From Christensenellaceae bacterium (lineage in GTDB: Bacteria; Bacillota; Clostridia; Christensenellales; Borkfalkiaceae): a stretch of DNA of 64,000 nucleotides. Both the position numbers and the translations under genes were made by a program. The stretch is from assembly GCA_045646405.1 (NCBI GenBank), contig JAZRKO010000001.1, positions 15,566 to 79,565 on the forward strand, in the 5' to 3' direction. How positions within the stretch are numbered: position 1 is the stretch's first letter; each line of letters starts with the position of its first letter. Below, piece by piece: positions 1 through 8,543 of this stretch. The notes beneath the pieces are model-generated. The model did not search any database. It was given only the letters and a program-made list of their open reading frames with translations, and was not told where the DNA came from.

Positions 1-75
1 ACTTTTGAATATATTTTATCTATCTTTCACGTTTTTGTTTTTACATATTGAAAAAATTGTGCTAAAATATATAAT

Positions 76-1017
76 ATGAAAAGTTTATATAAGTTTTTAA
101 CTACAATTTTAATAGCGGTTTTCACGCTTACGCTTACCGCTTGTAACAAAATTCCACTTCAAACTGACGGGGCTTATTGGTTTGAAGATACCACTTCTTT
201 CCCAAGCAGTTACTCTGAAACGCTAGTGTATGACGTTTCGCTATCCCACGTAACCCCGTCAATTTCCCAAGAAGTGAAGATTGAAGGCTACACTTTACAA
301 ATTTCAACGGGGATATACACTACCACGCTTGAAACTAGAAAAAACACCAACGGCGACTATTACGTTTACAACACTAGTTTTTTATTAGAAGGCAACTACG
401 TTACCCCCGAAAAAACTACGCCGTTTACGGATACGTTTACTACGGAAACGGAATTTGACCACAATTTTAACCCTATAAAATCTCAAAAAACTTACCAAAG
501 TAGGTTAAACAACTACGCTTACTCTTACGAAATTAACTACGTAGGCAGTAAAGCAAACTGCAAAATTACCGAATTTGAAGGCACTGATAACGAGAACTTT
601 TTAGAGTTTTCTTTCGATAAATACAATGAAAGCGCGTATATAGATAACGACGTGATTTTGCTTTTCGGCAGGCTTTTTAACGTTGACGGTAGTTTTTCTC
701 AACCCTTTTCCACGGTTGACGCGATATCTAGAAAACTTCACAAAATGAGTTACACGGCAGGCATAATAAACGAAAACGTTGACGTTAAGAGTTTAGATAA
801 CTACGTAATTAACGGCGTTAGCCCAACCGAGCCGAAAGTCAACTGCGCAAGAGTTGGCATCTCTATTGCGGATACTTTTTCGGGAAGTACGATAGAGGCG
901 TACTACGCTACCGACCATAAAACCCATAGGCACAGGCTAGTTGAAACGTATACTCGATTAACCGGTGGCGTTGGCTACCTTAAATTTAGTCTAAAATCAG
1001 CAACGATTAACAACTAA
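76..1017 (+). CDS. Putative lipoprotein, unknown function
   Basis: 313-aa ORF. The signal peptide ends in lipobox LTLTAC (Cys23). The mature part is Thr/Tyr/Asn-rich and has no catalytic motif I recognise. Confidence 0.6.
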   Translation: MKSLYKFLTTILIAVFTLTLTACNKIPLQTDGAYWFEDTTSFPSSYSETLVYDVSLSHVTPSISQEVKIEGYTLQISTGIYTTTLETRKNTNGDYYVYNTSFLLEGNYVTPEKTTPFTDTFTTETEFDHNFNPIKSQKTYQSRLNNYAYSYEINYVGSKANCKITEFEGTDNENFLEFSFDKYNESAYIDNDVILLFGRLFNVDGSFSQPFSTVDAISRKLHKMSYTAGIINENVDVKSLDNYVINGVSPTEPKVNCARVGISIADTFSGSTIEAYYATDHKTHRHRLVETYTRLTGGVGYLKFSLKSATINN

Positions 1018-1020
1018 CTA

Positions 1021-1056
1021 AAAAGAGAGTTTTTTACTAAAAACTCTCTTTTTTTA
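1021..1056. terminator. Bidirectional rho-independent terminator between convergent genes
   Basis: Hairpin aaaagagagtttt / aaaactctctttt flanked by A- and T-runs. It overlaps the stop of the M50 protease gene. Confidence 0.6.
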
Positions 1057-1885
1057 TTGCGTTTTCTAGTTTGTCATAAGGGGGTGCGGTGGAAATTAAA
1101 CGATAAAGGCTTTCGCCTTCAAGTACGGTTTTTGAAAATTTTCCGTCTATAACTACTTCGTAATAATACTCTCCGTTTAGAAGTTTATATAGGCTTTTAA
1201 CTTCACTTTCTCCACTTATAATCAACCTTTTTACCACCGTTGGGCGGGTGGTTTTTTTATACGTTAAGTTAGAGTATATTTTAACGTATTCGCTATCTTT
1301 TTGTCTGCCTAGCGCACCAACCAACATAAACGCCGAGAAAAATAGTAGCGTAAAGTTTACTTTTGTAAATATTGAATAAATAAATAGCGCGAGCAAAACG
1401 CAAGATAATAAAACGCCTAAAATTTTCACAATCATTATCGCCATTTTTCTAGAAATAATAAGCGACAGCGTTGCAATTAAAAACCTACCCCCGTCAAGCG
1501 GATAGCAAGGCAGTAGATTTACAAGCGCGAGCGAAAAGTTAGCAAGTACTATAAGGTCGGTGTACGGATAAGTATCTGGGAAAATCCACCAAAGCGCCAC
1601 GAAAAACGTTGCTATACAAAAGTTATAAAAAGGTCCTGCTAACGAGATTAAGCACTCGTCTTTATAGCGCACGTCACTGATATCCCCTTTAATTAACGCA
1701 CCGTACGGCATAAGTACGATTTTTTTAAGACCGTATCCTAATTTTTCAGACTCTACGTAATGCCCTATCTCGTGAATTACGGCTGAAAGCGTATAAATTA
1801 TAAAAGAAAATACTTTGCCCGTAAAGGCAAAGTATATCCCAAACGCGATAAATAGCGGGTGTATTGAAAATTTTAGCCCAGCCAT
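1037..1885 (-). CDS. spoIVFB: Site-2 (M50) intramembrane metalloprotease, SpoIVFB-like
   Basis: HEIGH zinc motif (AVIHEIGHYV) and NLLPCYPLDGGR motif inside a polytopic membrane core. It has a soluble CBS-like C-terminal tail and overlaps the upstream SpoIVFA-like gene. Confidence 0.65.
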   Translation of the reverse strand: MAGLKFSIHPLFIAFGIYFAFTGKVFSFIIYTLSAVIHEIGHYVESEKLGYGLKKIVLMPYGALIKGDISDVRYKDECLISLAGPFYNFCIATFFVALWWIFPDTYPYTDLIVLANFSLALVNLLPCYPLDGGRFLIATLSLIISRKMAIMIVKILGVLLSCVLLALFIYSIFTKVNFTLLFFSAFMLVGALGRQKDSEYVKIYSNLTYKKTTRPTVVKRLIISGESEVKSLYKLLNGEYYYEVVIDGKFSKTVLEGESLYRLISTAPPYDKLENAIKKESF

Positions 1886-2634
1886 ACGATTTGATTTTCA
1901 GATAAAACGTAACCCGTTAAAATTGCGTCGCCGTCGAACATACTAACCGCCGTTTCGTTTTTTGAATACCCAAGCGGAATATTTGAGTAAACCTTTTCGT
2001 TTTTAGAAACGTAAACGTTTTCAAGCCCACTAACCACCGTTGAAAACGACTCGCTGTGTTTAATTGTAACGGTATACGTTCCGTCTAACTCTACAACGCT
2101 TTCGACAACCCCGTCGCAAGGCGAATAAACGCTACCAGAAGACACTTTCATAACCCCGTTTTCAAGAACTACGTCGTCAGTTTTCGACGGGAGTGACGCG
2201 TTAAACGAAGTATACGAAACGTCTTCAAGCCCCGTATCGCTATTGAACACCGAGCGCATAAGGTTGTTTATACCGCTATCTTCCCAAAAAATGTTGGTAA
2301 GTATTATTCCTACTATTAAAACGAATATCGCAACCACTTGAACGGAAACGATATCAAACCCCGAACTTTTAATTTCAACCGAACTATCGCTAACGGTAGG
2401 TTTAACCTTTTTAACTTTTTTGGCTTTAATAGGCTTTACCGCCTTTTTTCTAACCATTTTTTGCTTTTTAACAGTTTCGGGTTTAGTTTCAGTAACCGTT
2501 TCAGCCACCGCTTCGTTAACCTTATCTATAACTTGCTTTTTAACGTCTTTTTTGCGTTTTTTAACTGGTTTTACCACAACGTCACACGAGTTAACGGGTA
2601 TTTCTAACATTTTTACGTAATCAAATTCGCTCAT
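1873..2634 (-). CDS. SpoIVFA-like membrane protein with degenerate LytM/M23 domain
   Basis: Lys-rich N-terminal region, one TM segment, and a C-terminal M23-like fold (CDGVVESV...TVTIKHSESF...) that lacks the HxxxD/HxH metal ligands. It overlaps the M50 protease gene by 13 nt, as in spoIVFA-spoIVFB. Confidence 0.5.
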   Translation of the reverse strand: MSEFDYVKMLEIPVNSCDVVVKPVKKRKKDVKKQVIDKVNEAVAETVTETKPETVKKQKMVRKKAVKPIKAKKVKKVKPTVSDSSVEIKSSGFDIVSVQVVAIFVLIVGIILTNIFWEDSGINNLMRSVFNSDTGLEDVSYTSFNASLPSKTDDVVLENGVMKVSSGSVYSPCDGVVESVVELDGTYTVTIKHSESFSTVVSGLENVYVSKNEKVYSNIPLGYSKNETAVSMFDGDAILTGYVLSENQIVWLG

Positions 2635-2747
2635 AACAAAAACTCTCCTTTTGGTCGTGTTATAGCCTATGAAATTTTTTTTGATTATAGAACGAAATTT
2701 TGAATAAAAGTTAAAAAACTACCCACAATAATTTCGGGAGGTAAGGT

Positions 2748-2828
2748 ATGAAGAACGTTAAAAATTCTAGAAACTCCAAGACTTCTAATACTCAAAAGAG
2801 TACGAAGTCGGTTAAAGATTGCAAATAA
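2748..2828 (+). CDS. Micro-ORF, 26 aa (MKNVKNSRNSKTSNTQKSTKSVKDCK)
   Basis: GGGAGGTAAGG Shine-Dalgarno 6 nt upstream of the ATG. The stop overlaps the next ATG (TAATG). It is below the ORF-track cutoff. Confidence 0.35.
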   Translation: MKNVKNSRNSKTSNTQKSTKSVKDCK

Positions 2829-2932
2829 TGAAGAAAAAGAACTTTAAGTCGCCATTTGACCCTAACGGAAGTTACACGGGAACGCCAAACGGCGAGAACG
2901 AAAAACCCGTTCAGGACGCAGACGATTTATAA
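2828..2932 (+). CDS. Micro-ORF, 34 aa (MKKKNFKSPFDPNGSYTGTPNGENEKPVQDADDL)
   Basis: Translationally coupled to the preceding micro-ORF and followed about 20 nt later by a clean terminator. Confidence 0.4.
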   Translation: MKKKNFKSPFDPNGSYTGTPNGENEKPVQDADDL

Positions 2933-2951
2933 AACTTTATAAGCAATCTAG

Positions 2952-2980
2952 AAAAGGCTACCAAAAAGGTAGCCTTTTCT
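2952..2980 (+). terminator. Rho-independent terminator
   Basis: aaaaggctacc-aaaaa-ggtagcctttt hairpin followed by a T-rich tail. Confidence 0.65.
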
Positions 2981-3155
2981 CGTTACTTTTTAATATCTAC
3001 TCACGGTAGAGTTAAAATTTGAAACTCTACCAAGCGCGTTTTTAACGGTATAGTTAAAAACTTACGCGGTAGGGAACGGTTTGTAAATTTAAGGTATATA
3101 ATAATACCGTGGCGTGGCTAAAACCATTTACTAATCAACCACCAAAGGAGATATT

Positions 3156-4067
3156 ATGAACTATAAAATTTATACCGACTCGTCGTCGGGCTTGCCCTCG
3201 TCTATCATTGACCGATTTAAGGTAAACGTTATTCCACTTTCGGTTATAATAGCGGGTGAAATTACAGAAGTTAAATGCCACGATGAAGTCTTTATGCAAG
3301 ACTTTTATCGTAGGCTTAGAGATAAAAACGATATGAGTACTTCTTGCATCAACCAAGAAACCTTTTACCAAACTTTCAAAAAAGAACTAGAAAGCGGGTT
3401 TGACGTTATTTATATAGGCTTATCGTCTGGGCTTTCACAAACTATTCAAAACGCTATTCAGTCGGCAACAAGGCTTGAAAAGGAATTTTCTAACCGCAAA
3501 GTATACGTTGTGGACTCGCTTAACGCCTGCCTTGGCGAAGGGCTACTTGCCTACACCGCTTGCCTTAAAAAAGAAGAGGGGCTTTCGGCAAAGGAAGTTT
3601 ACGATTACTTGCTATCCGTTAGGCTTTCTGCTAACAGTTTATTCACCGTTAAAACACTATCGTATCTAGCAAAGGGCGGTAGAATTTCTAAACTAAACTA
3701 CGCGCTTGGAACGGTAGTTGACGTAAAGCCTATTATGTACGTTAACGAAAGGGGCAAACTCGTTTCGTCTAGCAAGGTAATAGGCAGAAAGCGTTCGTTA
3801 ATAGCGATAGCCGATAACTTTGAAAAAACTATGATATCGCCTGAGGCTCAAACGATATTTATCGGGCACGGCGACTGCTTGGAAGACGCTAAAACCCTAG
3901 CAACCTTAATTTCTCAACGCGTTCCCGTAAAAGAGTTTATCTTTAACTATATCGACCCAATTATCGGCGTTCACAGTGGGCCTGACACCTTAGCCGTATT
4001 CGGCTACGGCTTATCTCGTGAACCGCAAGTTATAACGGCGGACAGTTCAAAACTCGCAAAAGCCTAA
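3156..4067 (+). CDS. DegV family fatty-acid-binding protein
   Basis: The N-terminus YKIYTDSSSGLPSSI...VIPLSV and overall length are typical of the DegV/FakB family. AAAGGAG RBS. Confidence 0.85.
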   Translation: MNYKIYTDSSSGLPSSIIDRFKVNVIPLSVIIAGEITEVKCHDEVFMQDFYRRLRDKNDMSTSCINQETFYQTFKKELESGFDVIYIGLSSGLSQTIQNAIQSATRLEKEFSNRKVYVVDSLNACLGEGLLAYTACLKKEEGLSAKEVYDYLLSVRLSANSLFTVKTLSYLAKGGRISKLNYALGTVVDVKPIMYVNERGKLVSSSKVIGRKRSLIAIADNFEKTMISPEAQTIFIGHGDCLEDAKTLATLISQRVPVKEFIFNYIDPIIGVHSGPDTLAVFGYGLSREPQVITADSSKLAKA

Positions 4068-4074
4068 CCATATA

Positions 4075-4107
4075 AAAAAATTCCGTGGAAAGCCCACGGA
4101 ATTTTTT
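4075..4107. terminator. Bidirectional terminator
   Basis: aaattccgtgg-aaag-ccacggaattt hairpin flanked by A7 and T6 runs, between convergent genes. Confidence 0.65.
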
Positions 4108-4111
4108 ATTG

Positions 4112-5182
4112 TTATGATATTGTAAACGATAATTTTTGGCTACCGCTAACCGTGTAGTAATAGGTTGCGTTTTGGGTGGCGGTAAACGTAGTTACGCCTT
4201 GGGCGTTAGTTGTAGAAACTAGCGTTGAAAGGTTACTATTTGAATATACCTTTATAGTCATACCCGACGTGTTTTCTCCCGCTGTAAACGTAACCGTTCC
4301 GTTTGACGTAGGCTTAATTCTAAAATATACTAGCGTGTTAACGTTGTCTATTTGACCGTTTAGCGATTGACCAACGTAAGTCCAAATAGCGTTTGACGCG
4401 TTAGAACCTAATATAACCGCAGTTTCTCCACTTTCACAGTCGGCAGAGTTTATAGGTGCGAAAGACGTTGGCTCAAACGAAGGGTTTTGAATAACGCCCG
4501 AACCGAACGTATCGTTTTGATAGTACGCAGATTCCGCCGAGCCTAAAACAGTTTTTTCAGCAACCCACTCGTAAACGGCTTTTCCGTTATCGTCAACACC
4601 CACTTCTTTATATACTAGTTTAGTTCTATATATAGGATATATTCTTTCGCCGATAGCGTAAGTGGGTTTTGCGCTTGCGCCGAGTAACCAACCGCTTTCG
4701 CCGAGATATACGCCCGTGGTGTATAAATATCTAACGTTTTTATCGTTTTTCGGCATATAAATCATAAAGGAAAGTTGACTTGCTGCAAGACCGAAAAGGT
4801 TGCTCATTTCGGTATCGTCGCGCGCGTCCATACTACCGAAGGTATATCGCGCTGGGTCCCAGAAACCGCTACTCGTAACACGGTCGTCAATTTCTTGGCT
4901 TAATGCAGAATCAGGGTTATTCATACCAATTTTAATCGTTTGACCACCGCTTATCATAGTACCGTTTAAGATGTTTTCAATAAGTTGGCGGTGGTTATAA
5001 CCTATTTCGTCTTCAGGGAGAATTTCTTCACCCTCCCACGGGAAGAACTGAATATCTACGTTTGCTAGTTTAGAAATTACAGGTCCTGTTGAATAACTCC
5101 ACGTAGCATAAACGCCAGTAATGCAAAAAAGGAATACAACTATAATTATAACAGTAACTTTTTTTGATATGCTACTTATCAT
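4112..5182 (-). CDS. Secreted protein with SipW-cognate-like signal peptide and PPC-like C-terminal beta-sandwich
   Basis: The N-terminus is KKVTVIIIVVFLFCITGVYATWSYS. The C-terminus (YFRIKPTSNGTVTFTAG...ATYYYTVSG) resembles pre-peptidase C-terminal domains. It is the last gene of the peptidase operon. Confidence 0.6.
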   Translation of the reverse strand: MISSISKKVTVIIIVVFLFCITGVYATWSYSTGPVISKLANVDIQFFPWEGEEILPEDEIGYNHRQLIENILNGTMISGGQTIKIGMNNPDSALSQEIDDRVTSSGFWDPARYTFGSMDARDDTEMSNLFGLAASQLSFMIYMPKNDKNVRYLYTTGVYLGESGWLLGASAKPTYAIGERIYPIYRTKLVYKEVGVDDNGKAVYEWVAEKTVLGSAESAYYQNDTFGSGVIQNPSFEPTSFAPINSADCESGETAVILGSNASNAIWTYVGQSLNGQIDNVNTLVYFRIKPTSNGTVTFTAGENTSGMTIKVYSNSNLSTLVSTTNAQGVTTFTATQNATYYYTVSGSQKLSFTIS

Positions 5183-5201
5183 ACCGTATTCCTCCTTTTG
5201 G

Positions 5202-6932
5202 TTAAATTTGTTTAATAAGTTCTACCGCCCATTTTGCCTGCCTATCCGACGTGATTTTTACGCGCATAGGATAACTTTCGTGTGATTTTTTATTAGATAC
5301 GTCAATAAACTTATACTTTGTATTTTTGAATTTTTTAGGCTGTAAGTTTATATAAACGTTTAACGTTTTACCTATAATTTTTAGTTTTGCAATTGCTTGC
5401 GCGCCTTTTTTATAGGTTACGTGTTTATTGCTATTTTTTACCCTTACGCCGTCAATACTTGATAAATAGTCAGTAATTAGCGTATACCTATTTATCATTT
5501 CGGGCGATAGTTCTTTAAGTTTTTGCTCAAAGGTTTTACCGCTACCTTTAATTTTGAAAAGCGTAGTCATAGCGTACATATAAAGACCAGATTTATTTGC
5601 AAGTTCGCTAACGAGTTCGTTAACCCATTTTACTTGCCTATCCGACGAAACTTTAACTCTCATTGGGTAATCTTTATACGCTTTTATTGAAGACGCGTCA
5701 GTATAAACGTACTTAGTATTTTCATACTCTTTTACGTCAAGCGCAAGGTGTACGTAGAGAGATTTACCCTTAAACGCTAGCCTTGCAATAGGCGTTCTAC
5801 CCTTTTTGTACGTTTCAAACGCCTTGCCTTCCCAAACGTGTAAGCCCTTTATCTTATATAAATGCTTAACTATTTCATTATACCTATTAAGAACTTCTTT
5901 CGACGCGCTATCGTGCTTTTCGCGGAAAGTTCTTCCTTTACCCGCCGTTTCATACCACTCTTTTTTAATAAACGTTTCTTCTTCTAAGCCTTGAACGAAC
6001 TTTTCACTAGAAACGTCGGTATACAAAATTTGGGGTGAAACGGTTAACGCCGTTTCACTGTCTATTATAGGCTGTTTTTCTTCTAAAACTTCTTTTATGC
6101 TATCGGCTTCTTCTTGGGTTAACGGCTGTGATGCGAGCGCCCCGTCAGCCGATAAATAGCCTATTTCGATAAGCCTTGCCATCTTAGCGTTTGCTATTTT
6201 CTTTTCAAGAATAGGCACGGCAAACAACACGAATATTACGAGTAATATACACAAATATCCTGCTGGCGACTGCATAAACACCACGAAACTACCTATAAAA
6301 GGTATCCTTTCGCCACGGTATATACCCTTCATTTGCTTATACGTTACAGGGAACTTATCTGCAACGTGAACCGCGTCACCTTGTAACTTAAAATACCTTT
6401 CGCTATGCTCGGCGTTAGGCTCTTCAATACCAACTATTCTATGAACCACAAGCATATCGTCAACTTCGTATACTACTATATCATAGAGTTTTAGGTCCAT
6501 CTCGTCAGGGAGTTTATGTACGGTTATAAGGTCAAAGGCTTGAATTTGGTCTTGTATATTATACTTGAATAAATACTCGTTTTTTTCGTACTTAGACGCC
6601 ATAGACGCACTTTTTACAACTTGTATAACGGGCACGTCTCCAACCATTTTAGTGCTTTCAATATTAACGCACGCTGACACGCCGAAAAATGCAATAATCA
6701 AAGTGCATACAACAAGCGAAAAAACCTTGTCAAAAATCGACAAGGCTTTCGCACGTTTAGTTGCGTTTTTAGTCTTTACGTATTCAGTTTTAATATTTTC
6801 GTCTTCAGCACCTAAATTTATAAGTTTTACGCTTGTTTTTACAACGTAAACGGTAAACCCAGTAAAAATACTTGTTAATAGTGCAAATACAATTAGGCAG
6901 ATTATAAAGACGTATATGTCAAAACCTGACAC
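5202..6932 (-). CDS. SipW-type (ER/archaeal-type S26) signal peptidase I fused to a duplicated C-terminal domain
   Basis: S26 boxes KSASM (Ser110), VVHRIV (His164) and QGDA. TM segments lie at about residues 5-30, 70-90 and 224-242. Residues 332-445 and 464-576 are a clear tandem duplication that includes YKKG..IAKL..GK.L.VY..L....Y.NTKY...D.S......YPMRVK..SDRQ.KW..EL. Confidence 0.7.
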   Translation of the reverse strand: MSGFDIYVFIICLIVFALLTSIFTGFTVYVVKTSVKLINLGAEDENIKTEYVKTKNATKRAKALSIFDKVFSLVVCTLIIAFFGVSACVNIESTKMVGDVPVIQVVKSASMASKYEKNEYLFKYNIQDQIQAFDLITVHKLPDEMDLKLYDIVVYEVDDMLVVHRIVGIEEPNAEHSERYFKLQGDAVHVADKFPVTYKQMKGIYRGERIPFIGSFVVFMQSPAGYLCILLVIFVLFAVPILEKKIANAKMARLIEIGYLSADGALASQPLTQEEADSIKEVLEEKQPIIDSETALTVSPQILYTDVSSEKFVQGLEEETFIKKEWYETAGKGRTFREKHDSASKEVLNRYNEIVKHLYKIKGLHVWEGKAFETYKKGRTPIARLAFKGKSLYVHLALDVKEYENTKYVYTDASSIKAYKDYPMRVKVSSDRQVKWVNELVSELANKSGLYMYAMTTLFKIKGSGKTFEQKLKELSPEMINRYTLITDYLSSIDGVRVKNSNKHVTYKKGAQAIAKLKIIGKTLNVYINLQPKKFKNTKYKFIDVSNKKSHESYPMRVKITSDRQAKWAVELIKQI

Positions 6933-6965
6933 GAGTTTCGCCTCCTAAATACTATGCACAAATGA

Positions 6966-7622
6966 TTAAGCGGTTGCTTCTGCTATTTTAATACCGATTG
7001 TACCAGAGTGTAATGCAAGTTTGAACGCGTCGTATTTAGCAACGGTATCTAATTTAAGATTACTATCAATAACGTTTTCGTCGATAGTAGGTTTATTAAG
7101 TGTGCTAGAATATTCAGTATTATAGAAAGTGATATTAGAAATAAGGTCACTTGCATTTATAGTCCAAATAAACGAACCAGGTGTAGTAGTTTTATCAGCA
7201 GAATTTTTTGAAAGAGTAATCGCATCAGTTTTAACGTAGAAAACGTTTACATTGTTGTATACCCAAGTAGTAGCACCAGTACCGCTGTTGGTAGTTAATA
7301 AACTCCATTCAAGGTCAATACCTTCATCTTTAACAGTTTGGTCTGCACCAGCGTTAGGAGTAAAAGTTACAGTTAATGAACCTGTAAGTTTCCATTCAGC
7401 AAGGTGGTTATTATTGCTATCGTCAATAGTGATTGCTAAATCGTTTTTAGTAATAACGATTTCACCCTTTGCATTGTCAACAACTTTATCGGTAATTTTA
7501 GTAATATCGTCAAAGTAAGAAGTTCTCGAAGTTACGTCACCTTGCGAGTAGTTCCAAGTAGCGTAAACGCCACCGATTGTTGCAATTAAAAAGATTGCAA
7601 TTAACGTGCTAAGTTTTTTCAT
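6966..7622 (-). CDS. Secreted protein with SipW-cognate-like signal peptide
   Basis: The N-terminus is MKKLSTLIAIFLIATIGGVYATWNYSQ. The mature part is Thr/Asn-rich and beta-rich. It is the first gene of the peptidase operon. Confidence 0.6.
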   Translation of the reverse strand: MKKLSTLIAIFLIATIGGVYATWNYSQGDVTSRTSYFDDITKITDKVVDNAKGEIVITKNDLAITIDDSNNNHLAEWKLTGSLTVTFTPNAGADQTVKDEGIDLEWSLLTTNSGTGATTWVYNNVNVFYVKTDAITLSKNSADKTTTPGSFIWTINASDLISNITFYNTEYSSTLNKPTIDENVIDSNLKLDTVAKYDAFKLALHSGTIGIKIAEATA

Positions 7623-7751
7623 AATTAAAATCTCCTTTTGATTTCAACTTTCGCGCTCGTGCGCGTAATTAAGTAATTTAATAATAGCACCACGAATTTT
7701 CTTTGTCAACAATTTTATTAATATTTTTTATGTAATAAAAGACGCTACCTG

Positions 7752-8495
7752 TTATAAAACGGTAACGTCTGCCGATATAAAACTTAAAATTTCATTTTCA
7801 ACCTTTACTAAAAGGGCTAAATTATCGTCTACCACCGTAGCCACGCCGTGATAAACTTTACCACCCGATACAACCTTAACTTCTTTGTCTAAAAGGTAAA
7901 AATTATCGTTATAATAAGGGATAAAATTTCTTTCTAGTATTGAAGTTTCAACCCCGTCAAACTCGTTCAAAAACTCGGCTATAAGGCGGTTTTTATCAAC
8001 GTTACCACCTAATTCTTCTTCAATTGAAGTTGGCGTGTTTAAGTTGAAATTAGGAAAATTTTGGCTTTTAACGTTAACGCCAACGCCAACTATTACGTAA
8101 TCGATATTGCCACTTGAAATTTTACTTTCGGTGAGTATTCCCGCCACCTTTTTACCATTTATATAAATATCGTTAACCCATTTGATTTTAGGTTTTAACC
8201 CCGTTACCTTTTCAATTGATTTAGATAAGGCAACCGCGGTAAACGGAGTTATTAGCGAAAGTTTTTCAAGTGGGAGTTTGGGTTTTAACTTCAAACTTAA
8301 ATAGATACCGCCGTTTGGCGAGTAAAACTTTCTATTATTCGTTCCCCTACCGCCCGTTTGAGATTTAGCAACTACAACGTCAAACTCGCTATCCTTAATC
8401 ACGTCGTTAGTTGAAAATACTTCTTCAAAAACAGCAACTTTTCTAGGAACTTTTAGGTGTTTTAATATTAAATTTTCGCTAATTTCATTTACCAT
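7752..8495 (-). CDS. birA: Biotin--[acetyl-CoA-carboxylase] ligase (no N-terminal HTH)
   Basis: GGRGTNNRKFYSPNGGIYLS matches the BirA GRGRxGRxWxSPxGxLYxS biotin-binding loop. The KWVNDIY motif is present. Confidence 0.8.
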   Translation of the reverse strand: MVNEISENLILKHLKVPRKVAVFEEVFSTNDVIKDSEFDVVVAKSQTGGRGTNNRKFYSPNGGIYLSLKLKPKLPLEKLSLITPFTAVALSKSIEKVTGLKPKIKWVNDIYINGKKVAGILTESKISSGNIDYVIVGVGVNVKSQNFPNFNLNTPTSIEEELGGNVDKNRLIAEFLNEFDGVETSILERNFIPYYNDNFYLLDKEVKVVSGGKVYHGVATVVDDNLALLVKVENEILSFISADVTVL

Positions 8496-8543
8496 AGTTT
8501 TATTATAACAAAAAGCAAGACGTTTGTCTTGCTTTTTAATAAC

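Noticed and set aside
2338-2620. Two plus-strand ORFs (89 and 66 aa) inside the SpoIVFA-like gene.
   Set aside because: They are antisense shadows of the Lys/Val-rich low-complexity region (Phe/Asn/Leu-rich products). They have no RBS and are fully contained in a better-supported gene.
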